A stretch of DNA of 21,817 nt from Thraustochytrium aureum (GCA_012862495.1 BLSG01000059.1:122880-144696); one strand, 5' to 3'. Shown: positions 8,758 to 19,559, counted from the first letter of the stretch. Translations and numbers: made by a program. The notes: generated from the letters alone by a model not told the origin.

Positions 8758-11700
8758 CTACTTGGAGGGCCCGGGCCCTTCGAAAAGGTAGCCTGTGTAC
8801 TGCGACGCAAGCTCACGGTCGGCGGAAAGCCGCTGCCGAATCGTCTCGAGGTTGTCGAAGCGCTTTGCGTTTGCTGCGCCTCGCCACTTGTGCACAAGGC
8901 GATCGAGCGCCCTGGCCTTTTCTTCACCTTCCCTCGCAGCCTTCGAGGCGCTCTCGACCATTGCCTCGTAGGCCTCATCGTTGTCGACCGCTATGTGCCA
9001 GCGCTGCTGGCAACCATCGCGCCCGAACGGCACCGCTGTGGTTTGGTCGCAGCAACTCCAACGTTTTCGGTAGTGCGTAGCACATCGAGTGTCGACACTG
9101 CCCGAGCGCCCGCGGGCCTTGCTGCGCGGGCACGACTTGGGGCAGGCTAGCTCATACGCGCCGGGGTGAAACGCGCACGCTCGACTGTTGTTCGCAGATT
9201 CCATATACTTGTCCTTGCAATGCTTGCACTCAACCGTGCGCCGCGTGTGGCGCTGCATGAGCGTCTCAAACCCCCCTGAGCCTGCTGCCCCCGCAGCTTC
9301 GCCTTGCTGGTTGCCGTGCGCTGCCGTTGCGCTTTCTGCGCGAGCGATGTCATGGACATGCTTCGACAGCGAGTACTTGACCTTGAACGCGTCACGTGTG
9401 GTGCGCTGCCAGCGCGCAATTTCGGCCCAGGCCTTGAGGGCCTTTGCAAGCATCCGCGCTTGCTCCGCAGCAAAGAAGAAGCGCCCCAGCTCCGAGCGTC
9501 GCAGGCGCAGCCAGCCGGAGCGACGCCACTGGCGCTCCACGCGTTTCAAGCTCCTCTCCTTGAAGGCGATCTCGCGCACGACGTGCTGCAGTTTGTCCAG
9601 TACCGCCCGAAGCGCGCGCTCGAGACTCACCACCTCGGCCGAGTTTGCAATTTGGGAGCTCAGTAGGTAGAAATAGTGGTGGTGCAGATCTGCGTAGAGC
9701 TTGCTGGTGCTGAACCGCTGGTCGCACGAGTGCATCACGTCAGAGTTCATAAACGCGGTCTCCCGCGTCACCTCCACCTTGGCGCGCTCCGCCTCTCGAA
9801 GGCTGGGACGAGCTTCATCCACGGCACGCAGCAGACTGGCTGCATGAACCTGCGCCTTTCGGGTTCGCTCTCTAGCTTTTTCGGTCTCGCGCTTGGCCTT
9901 GAGCTTGGCGTCAAGCCTGCTCTTCATGTGCAGGTGTGCCTTCAGAGCGACTTGACTTGCGCGCTCCGACACGACAATGCTCTTGCTCAAGTCGTCCTCG
10001 CGCCGCAGCATCTCCAGTTCTATTTTGACGCTCTCCAGGAACGACTCGTTCACCCTGCGCTCAAAAGCACGCTGCTCCTCCTCGAGCTTTCGCCGCTGCT
10101 TGTCGAGTTCTCGCGCAATAGCGCGCTGCGCAGCGTCGGCGTGGAGACGCTCTCGAGCGCCCTCGCCGTCGGCTTCGTCTTGGCCAAGGTCATCCCCACC
10201 GCTAAGGCCGAGCTCGTGCTCGAGCAGCATTTGCTGCACTTGACGGTTGTAGTCGTTTCGCATTTGGACCCCAAGCTCGTCTTCAACGACCATCAGCTTT
10301 TGCTCCCGCGCAGCGCGCTGGCGGTCTGCGACAAGCTTTTTGATTTCATCGCGGCGCATTGCCTTCTCGGACTTCTCTTCGTGCTCCAGTCCCACGACGT
10401 CGTATTTGGTCCGCATGGCCCGAAGCGCCTCCGCTTTGAGGTACTCGCGCATCAGGCGCTCTTCCTCCGCCATGGCCCAGCGCTCGGCGAGGCATGCCTG
10501 CCGCTCCTCGCGGATTAGCTGCTTCATGCTCAAATCCTCCACCTCCATCAGGTCCCGCTCAGCTTCTTCGCGGTCCCGCTCTTCCTGCCGCGCCTCCCAG
10601 GCCTTTTGCGCCTCGATCCGCTCTCGTTCAAGTTCGCTTCGGTGGGCCCAGTGGGCCAACACGCGCTCGAGCTCGAGTTGCCGCGACCGCCTCAGGAGAG
10701 CGAGCTTGTTGTAGACTTCAAAGTGGATATCGGAGGCTCCGTCCTCAAGCAACGCCTGGTCAAAGGACAATTGGCTGCGGCCGTGCTGGAGGTCAGTGCC
10801 AGCTTGGAGCGCGAGACCAAACGCGGTGGGCTCTTTCCGAAGCAGGTAAACGTTGGAGTCGTCCATTCGTCTTTGCGCTGTCTCGAGCGAGTTTCGATGG
10901 TACTCGCGAGCGACGACTTGCAGCTCCGACTCGACCATCTCACCAATGAGCGACTCAATCGCGGCGCGCTGAGCGTTCCGCTCTCGCAAGGCTTCGTACC
11001 TTGCGCGTGTCTCTTCCTCCGCCAAGTCCCCCTGCTCGTCCTGGAACTCGAGCTCCAGCTCGCTCAAGTGCTGGCGGCGCGCGCGCCGCCGCTCTGCCTT
11101 GGTTCGCTTTTTCGGCATCGTGGAGAGGCCATTCGCAATGCCGCCGCTTTCGTGCCACCGTTGCATCTCCTCAAGCACCTTCGCATGCTCTTCCTCCTCG
11201 GTTTCGCGTGCAAGGCGGACAAGCTGCCGCCGCTTCCACTTGAGACGGAGGATGCGCGCCGCGTTGGTCATGGCTTCAATGCGGGCCTGCTCTGCGGCCC
11301 GGTTCTCAGCGACCCACTCGAAGGCAAGCTCGGCAACGACCCTTTGCTCGCGCTCCTCGCTTTCCATAGCTGCTTGGTTTGACGCCATAAACGAGCGCTC
11401 TGCCTCTTGAAAGGCCCTCGACTGCGCATCCTCCCAAGCCATGTAATACAACTCGCTACTTTCGCGCTCCAGCTCGGCCCGGACGAGCGGCTCTGGCTGC
11501 ATGAAAACTGTCAACACCATAAACCCGCGCGGCCGCCACAGCTTTTGCCGCATCCGCCGAGCCCTTTCGTGCTCGTGAAACTCTTTGGCGTCTCCCATGA
11601 CGACCCGGAGCTTGACGCAGGACGGCAGGTCCGTGTGCTCGCTAGCCGGCCTGTGGTGCACGACCCACGCGCGCCCAAGCGTTCGAGCATACTTGTCGTA

Positions 11701-14700
11701 AATCACTGGTTGGCCGCGCTGCTGCCAGCGCAGTTCGCGCAAAGTCTCCCTCGACCTAGCAAATGCGCCCTGGGCCTCTCGAAGGGCCTCGAAGGTGACN
11801 NNNNNNNNNNNNNNNNNNNNNNNNNNNNNNNNNNNNNNNNNNNNNNNNNNNNNNNNNNNNNNNNNNNNNNNNNNNNNNNNNNNNNNNNNNNNNNNNNNNN
11901 NNNNNNNNNNNNNNNNNNNNNNNNNNNNNNNNNNNNNNNNNNNNNNNNNNNNNNNNNNNNNNNNNNNNNNNNNNNNNNNACTTTGCCTCCAGGCTGGCCT
12001 CGAGGTCGTACAGCTGCCTTTCTTGTGCGTCCCGCACAAGCTCTGCAGACGCGCGCTCCCGTAGAGCAACGTCAAAGACCTCCTTTCGCTTTGCTGCGAC
12101 CTGTGCGACCTCCGCGCGCCTCGCCAGCTTCTCCTCGGCCCGGTGATACTCGCCTTCGACCTGGTTCACGCGGTTTTCGAGCAGGACGCAGTCGCGGTGC
12201 GCGAGCTCAAGGTCGCGCGTCACGCTCTGGCGACGAGCGACGAGGCTGGCTCGCTCCTCGTGTAGTTTGGCGAGCTTGCGCTTAAAGTTGGCCACGCGGG
12301 AAAAGTGGGCAAGGTAGTCGTCGCGCACAGCTTGACGCTGCTCGCGCCAGAGCCGCATTGGCTGCGCTTCTTTGAGCAGGTCAGGGCTCGAAAGGTCCGA
12401 TTCCACATTAGGCTGTCCGCTCTCTGCAAGGAGATGGCGTCGATTGATCTTGACGAGTTGCTTTGGGAGGCATGCGCCAGGCAGCCCCCTCTCGGCCAGC
12501 TCGAGCTCGCGGTCTTCCTTTTCCACCCGGGCGCGCTCGTCCAGAACCAGCAGCAACTGTCCCGGCTCGTCCTCCCTAAATCGAGGCTCGTCCCGGCGGT
12601 GGCGCGCCACGGCCTCGCCCAAATCCGCCGAGGACTCCCAGGCTTGTGAAGGGTCTTCGTGCGAGCAAGTCAACTCTCTGTGGCAGCTGAGGCACCGCAC
12701 GCCGTTCTTGTACTGCGTTCCCCAATACCGCACCCGACGGTGCTCGCAGCGGGCGACTGGGGCTGCGCAGGTCTTGATGTCGGCGATTGCGAGGAACTTG
12801 CCGAGCGAGTCGCGCTGCTTGCGCATCTGGTCGAGCGACAGCGCGCGTCGCTCGGCGAGCTCTACCACGTAGGCCTCGTCACGCTTCCTCTGGCTTTCCT
12901 CGAGGGCCGCCCTGGCTTGCTTGTGCTCCTCTCGCATGCACTTGAGCTTGTGGTCCCACTCTTCCTTGGCTTCTGCTTTGGCGAGTCGAACCGATCGCTT
13001 GACGAACTCGTCTCGAGCAAGGTCGGCGATGAGGCCGTTCACGGCCTTTTTTGCCCGAAGACCTGGCTCGAGCTCTTCCATTTGCTCCTTGGCAGCTTCC
13101 TGGGCCTCGGAAACAGCGAGGTCGCGCACCTGCTTGCAAGACTCAAAGGCGAGCAAGGCGTCTGCCCGGGCTCGCTCCTGCACCTTGGCAAGCGCGGACA
13201 CCGTCGCCGCTTCCAGATCCTTGCGCTCCATTTCGCAGCGCTCCCCGAGTTCGTTTCTGGCTTTTGCGTCGCTTTTCTCCTCGTCTTCTTTCCTCGCTCT
13301 CCGCGCGGCTTCCAATGCTTGTTGAGCCTGCTCTAAGGCCTCCCGTCGCTGCTCGACGTCGCCGGTGTCTGTTTTCAGGTCCACAAAGCGGCGCACGAGA
13401 AGCTCTTCCCAGACCGCATTCTCACTGTGTGTTGGAGAAGTTTGAGACGAAGCTTGATGGCTCGGCGCTGACGAGGCGCCTTTGGCGTGCAGTCCGGGCT
13501 GAGCGCGGTCGCCTTGGTCATCCACATGCGGCCCGTCCTCGTCGTCGTCCTCGAGCGATATTTGGTCGCTCGCCTGGACAATGTTGTCCGAATACAAAAC
13601 CTTGTGCGTGATTAGGAGGCGCGTGTTCTGGTCGACCCACTCGGAGCGCATGTCAAGCACTTTGCCGACGCGCCACCGCCCGATACTGTCGAAAAACACC
13701 TCGACCTTGCGCCCAACTAGAGCTTTGGCGCGCTCAAGAGCCTCCGAGCCGTTGAAGCCCCGCCGCTTGCGATTTACGAAGCGATCCTTCGCGCGCTTGA
13801 CCTTTTCGCGAATCCGAGCTTCTTCCAAGTCGTCTTCCAGCTGCGTCCGCCCGCGAAGGCGCCGCTGGAGCTCGTCTTTGTGCTTTTGGGCAGCGGCGGC
13901 ATTGCCGCTAACTTCCTCAGGCGCTGCTTGCCCCGGCTTGCGGCGCTTGGTCAACAGTGGTCCGGGCGCAACGAGCTTTTGCTGGGGCTCCGAGCCGTCC
14001 GCGTTGGCGCTCTCGGCCTGCCTCGCCGCCGACTTGCCGCTCTCACCTCCTCTGAGGTTCTCTAAAGCTGCCCGACGCTGTACACGGCGCTCAAAGGCGG
14101 CGCGCTGCACCTCGAGCTCGCGCACGAGCTCGCGCTTGACGAGGCGAATGAAGGCTTTGCGTTGAAACCTCTGCGACNNNNNNNNNNNNNNNNNNNNNNN
14201 NNNNNNNNNNNNNNNNNNNNNNNNNNNNNNNNNNNNNNNNNNNNNNNNNNNNNNNNNNNNNNNNNNNNNNNNNNNNNACTTGACGAATGACGACAACACT
14301 TGTCCGCGCTCTTCGTCGACAACCATGAGTGGCGGGGGGCGCTCCTCGCGAAACCACCCGTTCTCGACGAGCAAGCAACCCGCGCCGGAGGAGTGGAACT
14401 CGAATCGGTACGCCAGAGAGGTGCCAGCGACAAGGGTGTCGATGGCGTGGCGCAGGTCTCTGCGCGGCCCGCTTCGCACGTTGGAGAACTTGGCGACGAG
14501 CTTGAGAGTTTCTAGTGACGGCCCCAGCCTCACGTTGCAAAGTCGTTCGGGTCGCCGAGGCTGGCGCCGCGGAGGCTTTTCGTGTGGCGGGTGATGGAAA
14601 ATGTGACCTTCCACAACCTGTATTTTGGAAACTCGATTATGCCCTCGGCGGAGCCGAAGCCTTCGCCCTGTGCCACCTTGATCCCGTTAAACCCGTTGCT

Positions 14701-16809
14701 TGCTGCTCCTTGCTCGTTGCTGACATGGACGCCGATTGAGGGATCAAATGCGCGCTCGACGAGCTCGACGCAAGAGCAACCTTCGGGGGCGCGGCTCTCC
14801 CACCAGTCGATGACACCTTTGTACTCGACTTGCACCGCTTGGAGGTTGGCGAGGCCGCCCTTGGCAAAAAAGGACTCGAGGGCGAGAATGATGTCGGAGC
14901 GCAAGCTCTCTTCACGGACACGACGGATTCGGCTTTCGGCGTGGGCCAAGCGTGATTTGCTGAGCTCGAGCTCGCCACGCAGCGCCGCGCGCTCCTCGCC
15001 CATGGTCCAGCGCTTGTGCGACATGCGCGAGAGGTCCTTTTGGTGCTTTTCCAGCTGCGAGGCGGCTCGCTTGAGAAGCTCGGCATGCGTGCGTTGGACC
15101 ACGAGCCCAAGCTCTTTCTGGGGATTTGCAGCTGGCTCGCCCCTGAGTTCCTCCACCTTGTCGAGCGACCGCCCAACCACGACGGGGAGCTCTGGGTGCT
15201 GTTCGAGGCGTTGCTGCAGGGCCTCTCGCGCGGCTTGGGCGGCAGCGCACGCCGTTTCATGTCGAGATCTTCGTTCTGCAAGTTCGACCTTGTCCCGCGC
15301 AAGAGCCCGTTCGGCGGCGCTGACTCGCACGAGTAGCTGCTCGGGCGCCTCTAATGGGCCGGTCGCGCCGATTTGAGGGCGCACGCCAGGGGCCGGGCTC
15401 GCCCCCAAGAGTCGCAGAATTTCGAACTTTTTCTTGTCCAGCCTGTCGGCTTGGTCCAGCTCGAGCTGGTTCGGCTCTCGGCGCGGCGGGCCGAGGAGGC
15501 GCTGGCGAAACTCTTGCTGCTCAAAGTCAATTTGAGCCACCTCGCTTCGGAGATGGTCAACGCGCTCGCGAAGCCCCACGAGTTCGCTCTCCCTCTCGGC
15601 CACGACGGCTAATTGCTCCGAGACTTTGAGCTGCTCAAACCGGGCGCGGGACTCGGCGGACATTAGCGCGAACTCCATCTCCGGGACCACAGTGGAGACG
15701 CCATCCGCGGAGAACAGGCTTGTATGCGCCGCGTCAAGGTCCACGTCCGCGAGATCGTGCGGCTGACGACTCGGAGAGTGCGCGCCGTGAAACTCGCCTT
15801 TGCCAATTGGAAGCCGAAAGAGCCCGGAGCCTGTCTGAGCTGAGAAATCGGGCTCAAAGGCCTGGTCGCCAAGTAGCTCCGCTTCGGCCTCGTCCGTTTC
15901 GCGTGCGAACCTCGCCGCGTCGGCCTGCTTGAGCTCGCGCCTAAACGTGGCGATTTCCTCGGCCTTGAGCGAGGCTTCCTGCCGGGCCTGGGCCTCTGTG
16001 GCCGCCCAGTGCGCCGCGTCGCTCGTGCGCTTTGCCCGGAGACGCTTTGTCTCCGCAAGGTCTGCTTGCGCCTTGCGAAGCTCTTTGGCTTGGCGAGCGG
16101 CGAGCGCCTCGCTTGCGCGCTTGGCAAGCATTGCGTCGGAGGCTGCGCGCCTGTCGCGTAATTCTGCAAGCAGCTTTTGCTTGCGCTCAAAGGCCTTGAA
16201 CTGCTCTTCGCGTTCAAGTGCTTCGCGGCGCAACTCGTACTCGAGTCGCTCTTGGCGGCGCCGTTCCTGCTTTTCGAGCCTGCGGCGCATTCGCTTCTCA
16301 TGCTGCGCCTTGGCCTTCTCGATGCGCTTGCGCACATTGTTTTCGTACGCCTTGATCTTGGACCTGCGTTTCAGGAAGGCTGGCGTGAGCGAGGACGTTG
16401 TCTCCAAAACGAACTCCTTTGCTTGCGCCTTGAGTTTGGAGGCGGTCTCTTTGACGGACTTTTTAAAAGCCTCTGGGTTGAATACCGTCGCCTCTTGGTT
16501 CATCCTTAAGAGCTCGAGTTTGCGCTTGAGGTTGTTGCCGCGGGTTCGGCCGACGCCCTCCTCTTCTTCTTTGGCCCAGATCTCATACATTTTGTCGACA
16601 GTGAAGTTCTCAATGTCATAGCCGCGTTCGATCCACTGCTGCCTGGCAAGCTCCGCCACTTGCTCGGCGTCTTCCTTGTCCGCTTTGTCGCTTCCGCTTC
16701 CGGACTCGCTCTCGTCTTCGCTGTCCTCATCTTGAGCACTTTCGCTCGACTCATCCTCCTCTTCGTCGTCTGGTTCCCCGTCCCCGTCGTCGCCCTGGTC
16801 GCGCGCCAT
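8758..16809 (-). CDS. Giant (~2,680 aa) coiled-coil protein with acidic N-terminus, beta-rich domain, Tudor/SH3-like modules and C-terminal CHORD-like zinc finger; spans two gaps and one apparent frameshift (~14534)
   Basis: Three track ORFs (14530-16809, 11756-14614, 8758-12075) abut without intergenic space and share E/R/A/K/L heptad composition. Coding sequence runs up to both sides of gaps 14178-14277 and 11800-11979. ...GDPNDFA joins VRLGPSLETLKL with one added base. Confidence 0.75.
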
Positions 16810-17080
16810 TTACGTTGTCACCGACGTGCTCGGATAGGCCCGACTGGGCCGAGCCCTCGGCCGCCCAGCCCGACCCACGCCTTGCGAGCCAACGCCACTT
16901 TCACACTCGCGTCACTCCTAGCTACCTGGACAACGCGGCGGTCTCCAAGACGCTTCGAGCGCGAGCGTCGCGCTTGCGAGAGGCGCGCGATGTCTGATCG
17001 CGCACACGGCTGCGTGCGTGCGCGTTTCCTCTGCAAGCCGAGATTGCGCGCGCGCGTGGCATGCGCGTGCAAGCCTGCGT

Positions 17081-17104
17081 GCGAGCGAGCGAGCGAGCGA
17101 GCGA
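17081..17104 (+). repeat. (GCGA)6 microsatellite
   Basis: Six perfect GCGA units read directly. Confidence 0.95.
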
Positions 17105-17160
17105 CCGATTTGGCAAGCGAGAGTTTTGGCAAGCGAGAACTGTCCGCGCGCACAAGCCTG

Positions 17161-17247
17161 CGTGCGTGCGCCTTTGCGCTGCCGTGCCCGCTGCTCTGGC
17201 GGCGTGCGTGCGCCTTTGCGCCGCCGTGCCCGCTGCTCTGGCGGCGT
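17161..17247 (+). repeat. 42-bp tandem duplication (2 copies, 1 mismatch)
   Basis: cgtgcgtgcgcctttgcgc[t/c]gccgtgcccgctgctctggcgg at 17161-17202 and 17203-17244. Confidence 0.95.
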
Positions 17248-17600
17248 CGCGGGCCCCTGCGGCTTGGTTTTGGGCTCTGTCCCCCTCCAGACCCCGAACG
17301 GTCAAATGATCAAACCTAACCCATCTCGGAGTTCCCGCTCCCACCCTAACCTTGGGGCATCAAAACGAGCAAATGCGCGCTGACAATGGACGATGCAATG
17401 CGCGCAACGCTTCGAACAGCGCGGTGCGCTCTGCATGCTCGCGCGCCTGCTTGCCCATGCGATAGGCGAGCAGGCCTCGTGCGCGTGCGGCATTGCCACT
17501 GGGCTTTGTGGCGCGCGAGAATGCGGCGCCGCGCAAGCCAAGCCCAAGTCGACGAGAGGTACTTCGGGCTCTCGCCAACACGCACGACGACTGCAATGAG

Positions 17601-17706
17601 GATAGACAGACCGACAGACCGACAGACAGTCTGTCTGACAGTCTGACTGCCTGACAGTCTGACTGCCTGACTGACACAGACAGACAAACAGTCCGGCAGA
17701 CAGACG
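17601..17706. repeat. Degenerate GACA/CTGA/TCTG tetranucleotide low-complexity tract
   Basis: gacagaccgacagaccgacagacagtctgtctgacagtctgactgcctgacagtctgactgcctgactgacacagacagac; includes ctgacagtctgactgc x2. Confidence 0.85.
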
Positions 17707-18228
17707 GGCCTGCGTCTCGAAGCTAGGGCAGCCGGCGCAGGACGATCACGTCCGGCCTTCCCTTGCTTTGGCTGCTGTGCGGCGGCCGACCCAGCTGCGC
17801 GCTCGCGCTGCAACTTCGCAGCCCGCCTGCTGCCTGCCGTCGCTGATGGATCTCCACGGCGTTCACCATGCACCGCCAGGGCTGATCGTGACGCATTTCT
17901 GTCGCTCCTAGTTCTTGCGGTCGACAGACGCAGTTCTCCCAGCGCACCCAGAGGCCAGCCAGAAAGAAACAAGCCAGGAGGGGCCACGGAACTCCCTGCA
18001 CCAGCCTCGGCGCCCTGCGCTGTTTCGCTCAAGGGTTGCTCGGCTCGCGAGAGGGCCGGCCGAGCGCGGGTGCTCGATCAAAAGCCAACTTGAAGTCGAG
18101 GAAATCATCATCGCGACGTACGGACGGCGCGAGCACAAGCGATCCATTCTCTCGCGACTCGGAAGACGGACGAGACGCACAAGACGGACGACGGACGACG
18201 GGAAAGCCCTGACGCAGACGCCGAACAC

Positions 18229-18349
18229 CAGCAGCAGCAGCAGCAGCAGCAGCGGCAGCAGCAGGAGTAGCAGGAGTAGCAGGAGGGGGAGCAGGTGCAG
18301 GAGGGAGCAGCAGCGGCGGCAGCGAGCGAGCGAGCGAGCGAGCGAGCGA
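18229..18349 (+). repeat. Compound microsatellite: (CAG)8CGG(CAG)3, purine-rich triplets, then (GCGA)7, just upstream of the serC ATG
   Basis: CAG tract at 18229-18264 and GCGA x7 at 18322-18349, read directly. Confidence 0.93.
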
Positions 18350-18388
18350 GGGAGGAGCAGGGGAAGCAAGCAAGGGCGAACGAGGAAA

Positions 18389-19559
18389 ATGCTCTCCCGC
18401 ACGGTGGCGTCCAGGCAGGTGGGTGCTCTCGGGGTCCGCGCGCTCTCGACGGCGGCGCCCGTCAAGCCGGCGGATGCCAGGTTTGGGTCCGGCCCGGTGA
18501 AGAAGCGCCCCGGGTTTACGCTGGATGCGCTCAACGACGCTGCGCTCGGGCGCAGCCACCGCAGCAAGCTCGGCAAGGCCAAGCTGCTGGAGAGTATCGA
18601 GCTGAGCAAGGAGATCCTGGGCCTCCCCGAGGGGTACAAGCTCGGCATTGTGCCCGGCTCGGACACTGGCGCCTACGAGATGGCCATGTGGACCATGCTT
18701 GGCGCCAAGCCCGTGGACGTGTTTCACTGGGAGTCGTTCGGCAAGGGGTGGGCTGGCGACGCGACCGACCAGCTCAAGCTTGCTGACACCGCCGTCCACG
18801 GCGTCAAGGAGTACGGCGAGCTGGCCGACCTCTCCAAGGCGCGCAAGGAGGCCGACATCTGCTTTACCTGGAACGGCACCACCTCTGGCGTCAAGGTGCC
18901 GAACGCGGACTGGATTCCCGCTGACCGCGAGGGGCTGACCTTCTGCGACGCCACGTCGGCGGTGTTTGCCATGGACCTCGACTGGGCCAAGATTGACGTG
19001 TGCACGTACTCTTGGCAGAAGGTTCTCGGCGGCGAGGGCGCGCACGGTGTCCTTGTGCTTTCCCCGCGCGCTGTGGAGCGGCTCGAGTCGTTCAAGCCGG
19101 ACCGCGCGCTCCCCAAGGTGTTTCGCCTCACCAAGAAGGGCAAGCTGATTGATGACATCTTCAAGGGCGCCACGATCAACACGCCCTCGATGCTCGCCGT
19201 GGAGGACAACATCGACTCGCTCAAGTGGGCCAACTCGGTGGGCGGCCTCAAGGGCCTGATCAAGATTTCGAACACCAACCTGGACATTGTCAAGGCCTGG
19301 GTCGACAAGTCGCCGTTTGCCAGCTTCCTTGCCAAGGACCCCGCCACTGTGTCCAACACGTCGATTTGCCTCTCGCTTGACGGCATCTCCAAGGACGGCA
19401 TCAAGAAGATGACCGCCCTCCTCGAGTCCGAGAACGTCGCGCTCGACATTGGCAGCTACCGTGACGCGCCGCCCGGCCTCCGCATTTGGGGCGTGCCACC
19501 GTCGAGAACTCGGACATGGAGAAACTCATGCCCTGGCTCACATACCGCCTACGAGCAGT
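18389..19559 (+). CDS. serC: Phosphoserine aminotransferase, Methanosarcina/alphaproteobacterial (serC_2) type, with mitochondrial-type presequence; last codons and stop fall in the gap; compensating indels at ~19493 and ~19545
   Basis: [74 protein letters not shown]-lysine motif [38 protein letters not shown](G)ATVE..D...LMPWL. Third positions are strongly C/G biased. Confidence 0.95.

Noticed and set aside
14525..14545. Programmed ribosomal frameshift or stop readthrough in the giant gene
   Set aside because: No slippery heptamer or evident stimulatory structure; it fits the same one-base run-length error pattern as the other sites.
2414..16621. Numerous plus-strand ORFs opposite LRRCC1, ERCC8 and the giant gene (e.g. 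2414-3175, 5838-6728, 9676-10518, 14582-15376)
   Set aside because: Ser/Arg/Leu-rich antisense shadows expected from GC-rich coding sequence; no motifs.
17161..17247. CRISPR-like repeat
   Set aside because: Two directly adjacent copies with no spacers and no cas genes, in a eukaryotic context.
17915..18388. 158-aa poly-Ser/Arg N-terminal extension of serC
   Set aside because: Non-ATG start and translation of CAG/GCGA microsatellites; ATG 18389 begins a coherent presequence.
1720..19559. A single functional gene cluster or novel system
   Set aside because: The genes cover unrelated functions (centriole, DNA repair, nucleotide, flavin and serine metabolism) on mixed strands, which is ordinary eukaryotic gene order without evidence of co-regulation.
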